A stretch of DNA of 48,568 nt. It comes from an uncultured Gammaproteobacteria bacterium. Its GTDB lineage: Bacteria > Patescibacteriota > Microgenomatia > Levybacterales > GWA1-39-11. The translations under genes were made by a program, and so were the position numbers. Under the pieces are notes generated by a model, which was not told the origin of the DNA, made no database searches, and saw only the letters and a list, made by a program, of their open reading frames with translations. The stretch is from assembly GCA_964593215.1 (NCBI GenBank), contig CAZQIA010000001.1, positions 1 to 48,568 of the forward strand, given 5' to 3'. Positions 16,774 to 25,752 of the stretch are shown one piece after another (the stretch's first letter is position 1; each line of letters opens with the position of its first letter).

Positions 16774-19700
16774 TTGAGGCTAAAATGTGCGTATATGAAT
16801 GAGATATCACGCACAGGTAGAGAATTGACAGGAACGAGTGTATCTTTTAGACTAAATGAAGCTCCCTTACTAAACAGGGGAAGTTTTTCTATGCCTGAAC
16901 CACAGCCGCCTAATGAAGGATCACAAGAAAACCTAAGAGTTCCCAGAAGGGGAGGTCAGGGTGGAAGAAGAGAGGGTAGAGCTCCGGAAACTCTTGCAGG
17001 CTTGCTAGGTCCTCAAGCAGGAAGAGAAGCAGCAAGAGCGTTATTTGAGGAGTCTCAGGCGAATAATATCCCGCTTACCCCAAGTCAGAGGCAGTTTATG
17101 CGTTCTGTAGGGTTCGTGCCAGAAGGCGTAGAGTGGGAAGATTATGGGGATGAAAGAAGTGAACAAATAACACGAAACGGAGAGAGTTTTCAAACTGACA
17201 GAAGGGAAGCAGAGGGACAGGAGAGACACGGGTTGGTGCATCAAGTAGGGTTTGGAGAAGTTACCGATACACAATTTAAACGAACACTAGATGTTTTTAA
17301 CCACGATATTGCAGAAAGACTTATAGGAGATAATGCTGAGCACACACTTTCAAGACTAGGAAGCACTATTAAGGAATTGACAGACAGGATAGGAGCGGCG
17401 GATTTTCCCCAGGAACAGTACGACTCTGCGCTAGAAGCTTTGGACAATCTTAAACAGCAAGAGTTGGCTCTTATGAAAAGAGACGAAGACCCCAGAAGTA
17501 AAAGAAGAAATGAACTTTATAGACAGTCAGCGATATTTGAGCAGGAATTTGCTGAAGAAATAGAACTAGACAGGATTGGGGAAGATATTCCGGATTCTCC
17601 AAGAAAAGAGCAGTTTAGACTAAGACGCCAAGAACTTGTTAAAAACATAACTACCGCAATAGAAAATGCTCCTTCGGTAGAAGCTGCAAGGTTTGATCAA
17701 GTAGTTATGGAGATGGCATTAAAGTTTAGAGAGACTAGAGAGCTTCTCATCAATGAGATTCTCTTTAAGCCCTTTGAAGATAAAACCGAACAAGGACATT
17801 ACGAGTTAAACCTATATGCATCAGGAAATTTAGACGAACTTCTTGCAATGTTGTCTAGGAGGGGAAAAGAGGAAAAGTACAAAAAAGACAGAGAGATATA
17901 TCAGTGGTATAAAGCAATGCGTACTACTTCTAGAAATTTCTGGGAAATGAATAGAGGATTATGGACCGGAAACTTAGAGAACTTTTCAAGAATTGCAGAA
18001 GAAATGAATCATGATCAGTTTGAAACTATGCAGAAAATTCCCGGAGTAGGAGAGGTGGCGCGTATTTATGATGAGAAATTCTGGTCAATTATAGCAAGAG
18101 ACAAGCGTATAACTTCAGAGAATATACAGGAAGCAAAGCAAATGGCAAGGGATGCAGCGCTAAGACTTAACGATGCCGGACTTTTAGTAAGTAGCTATTT
18201 TGATGATAGGGAGGGAACAATAGACGAAAGAAGAAAACTGGAAACGTGGGAACTAGACCGTGCCCTTAACGTGGGGTATGTGTTTTTCAACATCACATTT
18301 AGAGGCGCAGAGCTTATATCATTAAGTCAGCTTCAAGAAGGAGGATTTAAATTTGCATCATGGCCACAAGAAAATGTAACTAGGTTTTTGGATCCCCTGA
18401 GATTGACAGGAGAACGCTTTACGATCGGTAATGAAAGAGGAGGACAAGATTATCTAAAAAGAGTTAAGAAAGTCCATCAAGAACTTATGGATAAAGATGG
18501 AAGACACTTAGGGAAAAATAGACTGTCTCAGATAGGGGGAGCAAAAGTTGAAGACCTGGAGTATATGTCTATGATGGGAATTTCTGGTGTATTTTCTTCC
18601 TGGAGAATGACAACTGCTGCCATGTCAGCAATACGACTTGACATGGATGGAGAAGCTACTGATCTTAAAAAATACATGGTTGATAAAAAATTTACATACG
18701 GTCATGGTGATAAACCAAAAGAAGTTCTTGGTTTACAAAACTATATAGGAGAAATAAGGGGTGATTCTAGTTTATCTCTTGAGGATAAACAAAATGCAAT
18801 AGTGGCAGCCTTAAAGCCGCTTATTGGAGAAAACGGTGCTCTCAATATAGGGTTTGGCATGCTTTTAAGACTAGGTCAGGGAAACGATGGTCTAGAAGGA
18901 TTTTTGTCCGGGCCTGAGGGTTATAAAGCGCGTCAAGAACTATGGAATCGGGTGGCAGAAAAAAATCCACTCATGATGATAAATCTCTTAACAAACCTAG
19001 AAGAAAAGGGTCATGGAGAGATTAAAGACCACGAATCTCATCATTCACTTAAGAATTTATTGAAGCATAATGGATGGATAACTGATGCAGAAGCAGGCGT
19101 TTCAGATCCATCCAAAGAAGGGTTTTATCTTAATAATCCAAGATGGCAAGCCTTGAAGAATAAACTTGAATTACGTCAAGAACATACTCTTAAAAAACAA
19201 AATAATCCCAATTTCGAATTAACCGCAGATATCAGTTTGACTGCGGACGAGCAGCACATGGTAGATAGCATTAAGAATGCTGGAAAGGCAATATCAGAAG
19301 ATCTTGCAGATGTTGTATTTCCTTACATGTTGTTCTTAAATGATATGCCATATGAAGACTTTACGTGGGCAAAGACTGGTGCGCAGTATTTTAAAAGAAG
19401 AATGGGGGATATAGGAAGCTACAATAAGGCAGGGTCCGCAGCTATTGGTATGCTTGACAACTTAGGAGGACTGAAACCAGAAGATGTTATTGAGAAGCAC
19501 TTGAAAGAAATAGAAAGAGGAATAGAAGGCCCTAATGGAGATACATTTGCGTTTAAGGCTGTCATGCCTTTTATTCTCGCATATGTAGAAATGGCAGAAA
19601 CCAGTAGCGGGATTGACCAGATTGGATTAATCCAAGAGGTAAAAGAGTTCTCAAATAAGCCAACGTCTATATTGCAAAAATATGCAGGTACACACGCGCC

Positions 19701-19911
19701 TTCTCTTAGCAAAAAAGAACTGTATACATTTGCACACGCTCTACACAGCGCCGGGGTGGTTGGCCACCATCACGTAGAGGAATTAAGAAAATATAAACAC
19801 TTTACATTTATTGACATTTTAATATCAGTTTTAATGAATGCAGCTCCGGTAATTGTAGGAGAAATGGTTTTTGGAGCAATTAAACCGGCGGGAAGTCTTA
19901 AGGCTGCCTAG
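16774..19911 (+). CDS. Hypothetical large protein (about 1000 aa) with R/G-rich N-terminus and C-terminal hydrophobic anchor
   Basis: Uninterrupted ORF. The track start is a TTG. Alternative ATG starts lie at 16795 and 16891, and the latter is preceded by AGGGGAAG. The C-terminal hydrophobic segment is ILISVLMNAAPVIVGEMVFGAI. No family recognised. Confidence 0.6.
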   Translation: MRLKCAYMNEISRTGRELTGTSVSFRLNEAPLLNRGSFSMPEPQPPNEGSQENLRVPRRGGQGGRREGRAPETLAGLLGPQAGREAARALFEESQANNIPLTPSQRQFMRSVGFVPEGVEWEDYGDERSEQITRNGESFQTDRREAEGQERHGLVHQVGFGEVTDTQFKRTLDVFNHDIAERLIGDNAEHTLSRLGSTIKELTDRIGAADFPQEQYDSALEALDNLKQQELALMKRDEDPRSKRRNELYRQSAIFEQEFAEEIELDRIGEDIPDSPRKEQFRLRRQELVKNITTAIENAPSVEAARFDQVVMEMALKFRETRELLINEILFKPFEDKTEQGHYELNLYASGNLDELLAMLSRRGKEEKYKKDREIYQWYKAMRTTSRNFWEMNRGLWTGNLENFSRIAEEMNHDQFETMQKIPGVGEVARIYDEKFWSIIARDKRITSENIQEAKQMARDAALRLNDAGLLVSSYFDDREGTIDERRKLETWELDRALNVGYVFFNITFRGAELISLSQLQEGGFKFASWPQENVTRFLDPLRLTGERFTIGNERGGQDYLKRVKKVHQELMDKDGRHLGKNRLSQIGGAKVEDLEYMSMMGISGVFSSWRMTTAAMSAIRLDMDGEATDLKKYMVDKKFTYGHGDKPKEVLGLQNYIGEIRGDSSLSLEDKQNAIVAALKPLIGENGALNIGFGMLLRLGQGNDGLEGFLSGPEGYKARQELWNRVAEKNPLMMINLLTNLEEKGHGEIKDHESHHSLKNLLKHNGWITDAEAGVSDPSKEGFYLNNPRWQALKNKLELRQEHTLKKQNNPNFELTADISLTADEQHMVDSIKNAGKAISEDLADVVFPYMLFLNDMPYEDFTWAKTGAQYFKRRMGDIGSYNKAGSAAIGMLDNLGGLKPEDVIEKHLKEIERGIEGPNGDTFAFKAVMPFILAYVEMAETSSGIDQIGLIQEVKEFSNKPTSILQKYAGTHAPSLSKKELYTFAHALHSAGVVGHHHVEELRKYKHFTFIDILISVLMNAAPVIVGEMVFGAIKPAGSLKAA

Positions 19912-19920
19912 GTAAAATTT

Positions 19921-21579
19921 TTAAATCTTTTTGCCAAGAGTTCTCCAAAGGCCTGGAGCTTCAGTTATGTTGTGACCTGGTGTATAAGCAGTGGTTGCCG
20001 TACTTACACCGCCCCTAATTGTTCCAATACCAACGCCTGTAGCCTTTTTAATATCTACGAGTCCAAAATCCATAGCGCCAACAGCTTTTCTGGTTCTGTC
20101 AAGAATGGTGGGAAGAGAGATGATAAATCCGAATCCAATAAAACCTGCGATTGCCGGATTTCCTCCAATTGCACCCCCAACTAGGGGCGGAGAAAATAAT
20201 TGCTGCTGACTTCCTGAAACGGCATCCATCATGGTTTTCCCTAAAAAAAGTACGGCAAAAGTTGCAGGGAATACGGATAGGTGCCCCATGAGATGTCTGA
20301 CCCATGAGGTAAATCCAAGTTTACTTCCTGGAAAAACTCCAGCGGCAATCCACAACGGCCCTACCATGGAGTCCACCAATACGTAAGCAAAAGACTTTAC
20401 CAATGTAAACCAAACCCTGAAGAGCGTGTAGAAAATTGCGACCAAAACTACGAGAAACGCAAGTACGCCAAAAATTAATCCCACCGTTTGCTTAAAGAAT
20501 TCAGTTGCAAAATCACATGACGGTTTATCAAACAAACCAAAGGAAATTTTATTTGTAACCCAGCCAAAGCCATTACACGCAATATCTAGTACTCCAAAAG
20601 GAGTAAAAAGAATTTGAAACCAGTGCCCTATGGTTGAGTCAATAAAATCTGAAGAGAGTGTTGAGAGTACGCTACTTATACCCTGAGAGACTGAATACGT
20701 AAGATTTAAAATTCCAGAACCTCCCACTGAATAGTTAACTTTGTTAGGTATAACTACTGGATCTAATACTGTTACGTTAAACGAACCATTAAATACTTTA
20801 TTGAATACCCCAAAAACACTATTGTCTATATTTACATGAGTAGAGGTTAGACTTGAGAAAGTGTATATAATAAAATAGGTGACTACATACATAATATCTA
20901 TTAAAAATCCTGCAATAGCATACGAGAAGGTGACTAAGATAAGCGCGATAACAATTTTAGGAATTTGGTTCTGTATGGTCATGACTGTTCTTGCGTCAAT
21001 TTTAACCCTAAACATAATGGCAAGACCTACGACAGTAAACGCTAGTACAAAGAAAAGGTAAGCGAGGTCTCTAAATTTGACCCAAACAGGGATGAGCGGA
21101 CCAAGCCTGCTGTAGCCAGACCCTCCTCCTTTTTGATCTGCTGCGTATGCATGTTTAGTTAATCCAAAATTATTAATAGAATAAGTAACATAATCTGTTC
21201 CAGAAATTGGAATGGCTGAAGTTCCTGCAATCATTCCTCCAATAAATTTTCCAACGCCTCCATTTGATGTTGCATATGCAATTTTTCCGGTCTGAGGGTT
21301 AAACGTGAGACATTGTTCCTTAGGGTTTAGAGGATCGTGTCCTGATAATGCACATACCACACTCGAGAGAGTTTCTATAAAAACACTCTGAGAAAGCGTG
21401 TGGAGATTTTTTGGAACATTCTGTTCTACGTTTCCGTAGATCATCTCAGAATTCTGTTGCTGAGCTGCTGTCTTTGGGGAAACATTGGGAGCCTGTGCAT
21501 AGGACGGTTCCAGCGTTATTATAATAAGGTAGAGAAGTAAAAACCCTGCAATAAATTTTAATCTTAACCGCAATGACAT
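19921..21579 (-). CDS. Polytopic membrane protein, VirB6/TrbL-like candidate
   Basis: Signal peptide ends ..PSYAQA, followed by an extracytoplasmic segment. There are at least six long hydrophobic helices and a Gly-rich tail. The call rests on topology and T4SS context, not on a recognised motif. Confidence 0.4.
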   Translation of the reverse strand: MSLRLRLKFIAGFLLLYLIIITLEPSYAQAPNVSPKTAAQQQNSEMIYGNVEQNVPKNLHTLSQSVFIETLSSVVCALSGHDPLNPKEQCLTFNPQTGKIAYATSNGGVGKFIGGMIAGTSAIPISGTDYVTYSINNFGLTKHAYAADQKGGGSGYSRLGPLIPVWVKFRDLAYLFFVLAFTVVGLAIMFRVKIDARTVMTIQNQIPKIVIALILVTFSYAIAGFLIDIMYVVTYFIIYTFSSLTSTHVNIDNSVFGVFNKVFNGSFNVTVLDPVVIPNKVNYSVGGSGILNLTYSVSQGISSVLSTLSSDFIDSTIGHWFQILFTPFGVLDIACNGFGWVTNKISFGLFDKPSCDFATEFFKQTVGLIFGVLAFLVVLVAIFYTLFRVWFTLVKSFAYVLVDSMVGPLWIAAGVFPGSKLGFTSWVRHLMGHLSVFPATFAVLFLGKTMMDAVSGSQQQLFSPPLVGGAIGGNPAIAGFIGFGFIISLPTILDRTRKAVGAMDFGLVDIKKATGVGIGTIRGGVSTATTAYTPGHNITEAPGLWRTLGKKI

Positions 21580-21684
21580 AGGCAGTACTTAAAGTATATA
21601 CTTATAATTATTCTGTTTGCAATATTTTTAACTTCCAGCTTGCTTGACTTTTCCCATTATGAAAGAGTATGATGGGGAAACTTC

Positions 21685-22224
21685 ATGATAAGACGAATAA
21701 TTATCTTCATTTTTATTCTGCTCGTTTCTTTTTCTTTTGCAAAGACAGTTTTTGCTCAAGCTGATACATCCTCATCCTCTGCTATGAAAAAAGAGGAAAC
21801 TGTTGACTACACACTTCCATATCCAGGGCTTCTTCCGGATAATCCCTTGTATTTTTTAAAGTCAGCAAGAGACAAGATCATAGAAATGCTAATCTCATCT
21901 CCTCAAAAAAAAGCAGAGTATTTTTTACTCTCATCTGATAAAAGACTAAATACCGGATACTATCTTATTCAGAAAGATAAAGATGACATGGGGGTCTTAT
22001 ACATTTCAAAAAGCAATAACTATATGCATATGGCCGTGTCTCAAGCAAAAGAAGCAGGACAAAACGGAGTAGATACTCTTTCTAAGGCTTCTGTCTCCAT
22101 GCAAAAACACGAAGAGATCATGAAAAAAGTCATGACTCAAGTTGATAAAAAAAATGGATCAAAATTACAAGAAGAGATTAAAAGATTAAAAGAAATAACT
22201 ACGCTTATAAAGTCAAAAAAATAA
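21685..22224 (+). CDS. Secreted DUF5667-like protein
   Basis: Signal peptide ending ..TVFAQA. The motif YTLPYPGLLPDNPLYFLKSARDKIIE is typical of DUF5667 proteins common in CPR genomes (recalled from memory). Confidence 0.45.
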   Translation: MIRRIIIFIFILLVSFSFAKTVFAQADTSSSSAMKKEETVDYTLPYPGLLPDNPLYFLKSARDKIIEMLISSPQKKAEYFLLSSDKRLNTGYYLIQKDKDDMGVLYISKSNNYMHMAVSQAKEAGQNGVDTLSKASVSMQKHEEIMKKVMTQVDKKNGSKLQEEIKRLKEITTLIKSKK

Positions 22225-22499
22225 AACCGTAAGTTTTTTAGAATGGTTATTCTGTTTTCAGCCGTTAAAAAACGAAACCTTAACTAATTCTTCGTAGAAG
22301 TAAAATTATAGCCTAAAGTTATCTTTGTCTCTTTATTTTTTTATACTTCTTGCTGCAGTTTTTCTTTAAACAAGAGTCTTAAAAGAAAAAATGTGTAGAA
22401 AATGTACCCTTGAATCTTTAATTTTTTCACTGATTTTTTCTTACTAAAAAACTTGAGGCTAAAAAATAAGATGGTACATTTTGATACAGAAGTTACCTG

Positions 22500-22528
22500 T
22501 TGACAGTGTAAATCTAGTGTCTTACCAT
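22500..22528 (+). promoter_or_regulatory. Candidate sigma70-type promoter of nrdR-nrdJ
   Basis: TTGACA at 22500-22505, a 17-nt spacer, then TACCAT at 22523-22528. It overlaps NrdR box 1. Confidence 0.4.
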
Positions 22529-22552
22529 AGTCTATGGCACTAAATCTAGTGC
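22505..22552 (+). promoter_or_regulatory. Tandem NrdR boxes
   Basis: AGTGTAAATCTAGTGT at 22505-22520 and GCACTAAATCTAGTGC at 22537-22552. They share the core TAAATCTAGTG. Centres are 32 bp apart. They match the NrdR-box palindrome acaCwAtATaTwGtgt at about 11/16 and 12/16. Confidence 0.6.
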
Positions 22553-22594
22553 ATAGCTTAGAAAGGCACATTTTATAAGAAAATAGGTAGGAAT

Positions 22595-23044
22595 ATGCGT
22601 TGTCCATACTGCACAAGCACAGAAACAGAGGTTGTAGAAACAAGAGTATCAGAAGACGGAGGCAATATCAGACGTAGAAGAACATGTTCTTCTTGCCAGA
22701 AACGTTTCACAACATACGAGAGAATAGAAAACATTACATTATTAGTAAAAAAGAAAAACGGGAACAGGGAGCAGTTTGACAGAAGCAAGTTGCACAAAGG
22801 GATCTTTCAGGCAACACAAAAAACGGCGGTATCATTGGAAGATATCGAGAGGATAGTAGATGAGATAGAAAGAGAGTTAAGATCCGGAGATAGCGTAGAA
22901 ATAGAAAGTAAAAAGATAGGGAGTTTGGTTGCAGCAAGACTTAAAAAGATAGATAAAGTAGCATACATTAGATTTTCAAGCGTATTTAAACAATTTTTAG
23001 ACCTTGAAGATTTTCAAAAAGAATTAGAGAAATTAGTAAAGTAG
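22595..23044 (+). CDS. nrdR: Transcriptional repressor NrdR
   Basis: MRCPYCTSTETEVVETR..RRRRTCSSCQKRFTTYE zinc ribbon plus an ATP-cone. It lies directly upstream of an RNR gene. Confidence 0.95.
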   Translation: MRCPYCTSTETEVVETRVSEDGGNIRRRRTCSSCQKRFTTYERIENITLLVKKKNGNREQFDRSKLHKGIFQATQKTAVSLEDIERIVDEIERELRSGDSVEIESKKIGSLVAARLKKIDKVAYIRFSSVFKQFLDLEDFQKELEKLVK

Positions 23045-23051
23045 AAAAAAC

Positions 23052-25532
23052 ATGACACAATTACAAGGCTTATCATTAAAAGTATTTTTAGATAGGTATT
23101 CTTTAAAAGATAAAGATGGGGCACCGTTAGAACAAACCCCGGAAGAAATGTGGAAAAGAGTAGCCCGTGGAATTTCTGAGGCAGAACCTAAGGAAAAAAG
23201 GGCAGAGTGGAGGAAAAAATTTTATGACGTCATGAAGGATTTTAAATTTCTTCCGGGAGGACGTATTTTTGCAGGTGCTGGAACCGGATATGACGTTACT
23301 TATTATAATTGCTTTGTTATTCCTTCTCCTAAAGATTCCAGAGACGGAATTTTAGAAAACCTCAAGTCTATGATAGAGATTATGGCCAGAGGCGGAGGAG
23401 TAGGGTTAAATCTTTCTTCGTTAAGACCCAGAGGTTCCAGAGTTAAAAAAGTAAATGGATTTTCCTCAGGCCCTATTAACTGGGCAGAATTGTATTCTTT
23501 AGCAACAAAAGACATAGTACAGCAAGGCGGGTCAAGACGCGGCGCATTAATGTTAATGCTTCATGACTGGCATCCGGACATTGAGGAATTTATTACGGTA
23601 AAACAGGATTTAACCAGAATTAACGGCGCTAACCTTTCAGTCTGTGTTTCTGATGCGTTTATGGATGCAGTGAAAAAAGATGCGGACTGGGAACTTTCTT
23701 ATCCAGACCTAGACGACCCTATGTATGACGAAAAATGGGATGGGGATCTAGACGGTTGGAAGAAAAATGGCGGAAAGGTAAAAGTATACAAAACCATTAA
23801 GGCTTCATATCTCTGGGATCTAATTTGCACTGCAGCATGGAGATCTGCTGAACCGGGACTGCACTTCTTAGAGCGTTCTAATAAATACTCAAACACATGG
23901 TACTTTGAGAAATTAGTTGCTACAAATCCTTGCGGAGAGCAGCCGCTTTCCCCATGGGCAGTATGTAATTTAGGAGCAATGAACTTAGTTGCATACGTTA
24001 AAAATGGAAAGTTTGATTATGATTCATTTGGGGAAGATGTAAAAGTAGCCATGAGATTTCTGGATGACGTGATAGATCAGACATACTATTTCTTAGATGA
24101 GAATGAAAAATGCGCAAAGGATATTAGAAGAACAGGCTTAGGAATAATGGGATTAGGGGACGCACTCATTATGATGAAGTTAAGATATGGTTCCCCTGAA
24201 TCCCTTCCAGTAATTGAGAAAATCTTTAAAGTTTTAAGAGATAGTGCGTATATTTCCTCAACGGAGATAGCACGCGAAAAAGGCGCATTTCCTAAATTTG
24301 AAAAAGAAAAATATCTTCAAGGACATCACATTAAAGCTCTTCCAAAAGCAATAAGAGACAGAATTGAAAAATACGGTATAAGAAATGCAGTCTTACTTAC
24401 CATAGCACCTACCGGTACCACATCTCTTCTTGCAGGAGTAACATCCGGAATAGAGCCAGTATATGAGTTTGAATTTATTAGAAAGAGTAAATTAGGAGTA
24501 GATAAATTATATCATCCCCTCTATGACGCATGGAGAAAGGATCATCCGGGAGAAGAACGTCCGGAGTACTTTGTTTCCGCAAATGATTTAGCTCCCATGG
24601 ATCACGCAAAAGTTCAGGCGGTTGCACAGGAATACATAGATTCTTCTATCTCAAAAACAGTGAATGCACCAAATAATCATACCGTAGATGACGTAAAAAC
24701 TCTGTATATGGCTGCATATGATCTGGGAATGAAAGGAATTACCTATATGAGAGATGGATCCCGCCAGGGAGTACTGCAAAGAGAAGAGAAAAAAGAGGAG
24801 AAGAAAGAAGAGGTAACAGAGGTAAAACGCGCTCCTGTTATAAGCCGCCGTCCTATGGTAATGCGCGGATTAACCTATAAAACCCAGACTCCATTAGGAG
24901 ATGCGTTTGTTACTCTAAATAGTGATGACAATAATCAGCCCTTTGAGATGTTTATAACAATAGGAAAATCTGGTTCAGATGTTGCAGCAATGGCAGATGC
25001 ATTAGGAAGAATTATATCTTTGGTTCTTAGAATTCAAAGTCCGGTTGAGTCCAGGGAGCGCATTAGACAGGTTGTTGCTCAGCTTTCAGGAATTGGCGGA
25101 ATGCGTTCTGTAGGATTTGGTCCTAACAGAGTTAGATCTGTTCCAGACGCTTTAGCAAAAGTTCTTGCTGAAGAGTTTAACTTTAAAGTAAACGGAAAAG
25201 TTGTAGATGCACCAACCCATACGCCTGCTGCGGCAGATGCAACTACTACTAACGGGAATGGACATGCAGCTGTTGTGAACGGGAATGGAAACGGGAATGG
25301 CCATACTGCAAATGGAATGACCCCTATTAAAGCAGATGTAGTGCCAACAGAAGTTATCCAGCATGTAGTTGAAGCGGTAGGAGAGACGAGGCCTCAAATG
25401 TTAGAGCAGCTTCCGCTAGAAGCCGCAGAGACAAACTCTCACGCAGATGTATGTCCGGAGTGTGGAGTAGCCTCATTTGTTCATGAAGAAGGGTGTTCTA
25501 AATGCTATAACTGTGGCCACGCTGAATGCTAA
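23052..25532 (+). CDS. nrdJ: Class II (adenosylcobalamin-dependent) ribonucleotide reductase
   Basis: 826 aa. It has ..TNPCGEQPL.., ..IAPTGTTS.. and ..SISKTVNAP.. motifs and a C-terminal CPECG..CSKCYNCGH zinc ribbon. It is co-transcribed with nrdR across a 7-nt gap. Confidence 0.9.
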   Translation: MTQLQGLSLKVFLDRYSLKDKDGAPLEQTPEEMWKRVARGISEAEPKEKRAEWRKKFYDVMKDFKFLPGGRIFAGAGTGYDVTYYNCFVIPSPKDSRDGILENLKSMIEIMARGGGVGLNLSSLRPRGSRVKKVNGFSSGPINWAELYSLATKDIVQQGGSRRGALMLMLHDWHPDIEEFITVKQDLTRINGANLSVCVSDAFMDAVKKDADWELSYPDLDDPMYDEKWDGDLDGWKKNGGKVKVYKTIKASYLWDLICTAAWRSAEPGLHFLERSNKYSNTWYFEKLVATNPCGEQPLSPWAVCNLGAMNLVAYVKNGKFDYDSFGEDVKVAMRFLDDVIDQTYYFLDENEKCAKDIRRTGLGIMGLGDALIMMKLRYGSPESLPVIEKIFKVLRDSAYISSTEIAREKGAFPKFEKEKYLQGHHIKALPKAIRDRIEKYGIRNAVLLTIAPTGTTSLLAGVTSGIEPVYEFEFIRKSKLGVDKLYHPLYDAWRKDHPGEERPEYFVSANDLAPMDHAKVQAVAQEYIDSSISKTVNAPNNHTVDDVKTLYMAAYDLGMKGITYMRDGSRQGVLQREEKKEEKKEEVTEVKRAPVISRRPMVMRGLTYKTQTPLGDAFVTLNSDDNNQPFEMFITIGKSGSDVAAMADALGRIISLVLRIQSPVESRERIRQVVAQLSGIGGMRSVGFGPNRVRSVPDALAKVLAEEFNFKVNGKVVDAPTHTPAAADATTTNGNGHAAVVNGNGNGNGHTANGMTPIKADVVPTEVIQHVVEAVGETRPQMLEQLPLEAAETNSHADVCPECGVASFVHEEGCSKCYNCGHAEC

Positions 25533-25609
25533 TTCAGCGGACACAGTTACATGAGCAGAGAGAAGCAATTGCGGCCATGCAGAATGTTAAGCAATTGTAT
25601 GTAAGTTTC

Positions 25610-25752
25610 TAAGATTAACGAAAGGTAAACCAAGTGTAATTCTTGGGGTGTGCCGCAACTGTAAACCCAGAAAACTTCGTTAATTATTTCCCGAGCAGGA
25701 TTTTTTTGTGCCAAAAACACGCTAAACCTCCCGGGAAAAAGGAGGTTTTTTA
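25610..25752 (+). promoter_or_regulatory. Cobalamin-riboswitch-like element (compact form) with SD-sequestering, terminator-like hairpin
   Basis: A 9-bp helix pairs ATTAACGAA (25614-25622) with TTCGTTAAT (25676-25684). It encloses AGGTAAA-CCAAG-TGTAATT-CTTGG-GGTGTGCCGCAACTGTAAACCCAG, which resembles the conserved cobalamin aptamer core (GGGAA, hairpin, GCCGCnACUG). Downstream, AAACCTCC (25724-25731) pairs with GGAGGTTT (25741-25748), followed by a T-run. The 3' arm contains the GGAGG SD of the ATG at 25753. Confidence 0.5.

Noticed and set aside
22341-22797. Two minus-strand ORFs (100 aa and 74 aa) in the region upstream of and overlapping nrdR
   Set aside because: They are AT-rich with low-complexity translations. 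They overlap the nrdR promoter, the NrdR boxes and the nrdR coding sequence, so the region is better explained as a regulatory spacer.
25251-25317. NGNG..NGNGNGNG low-complexity stretch in NrdJ, considered as a possible intein or insertion
   Set aside because: It is only about 22 residues with no intein splice motifs. It sits in the linker before the C-terminal zinc ribbon, so it is most simply a flexible low-complexity linker.
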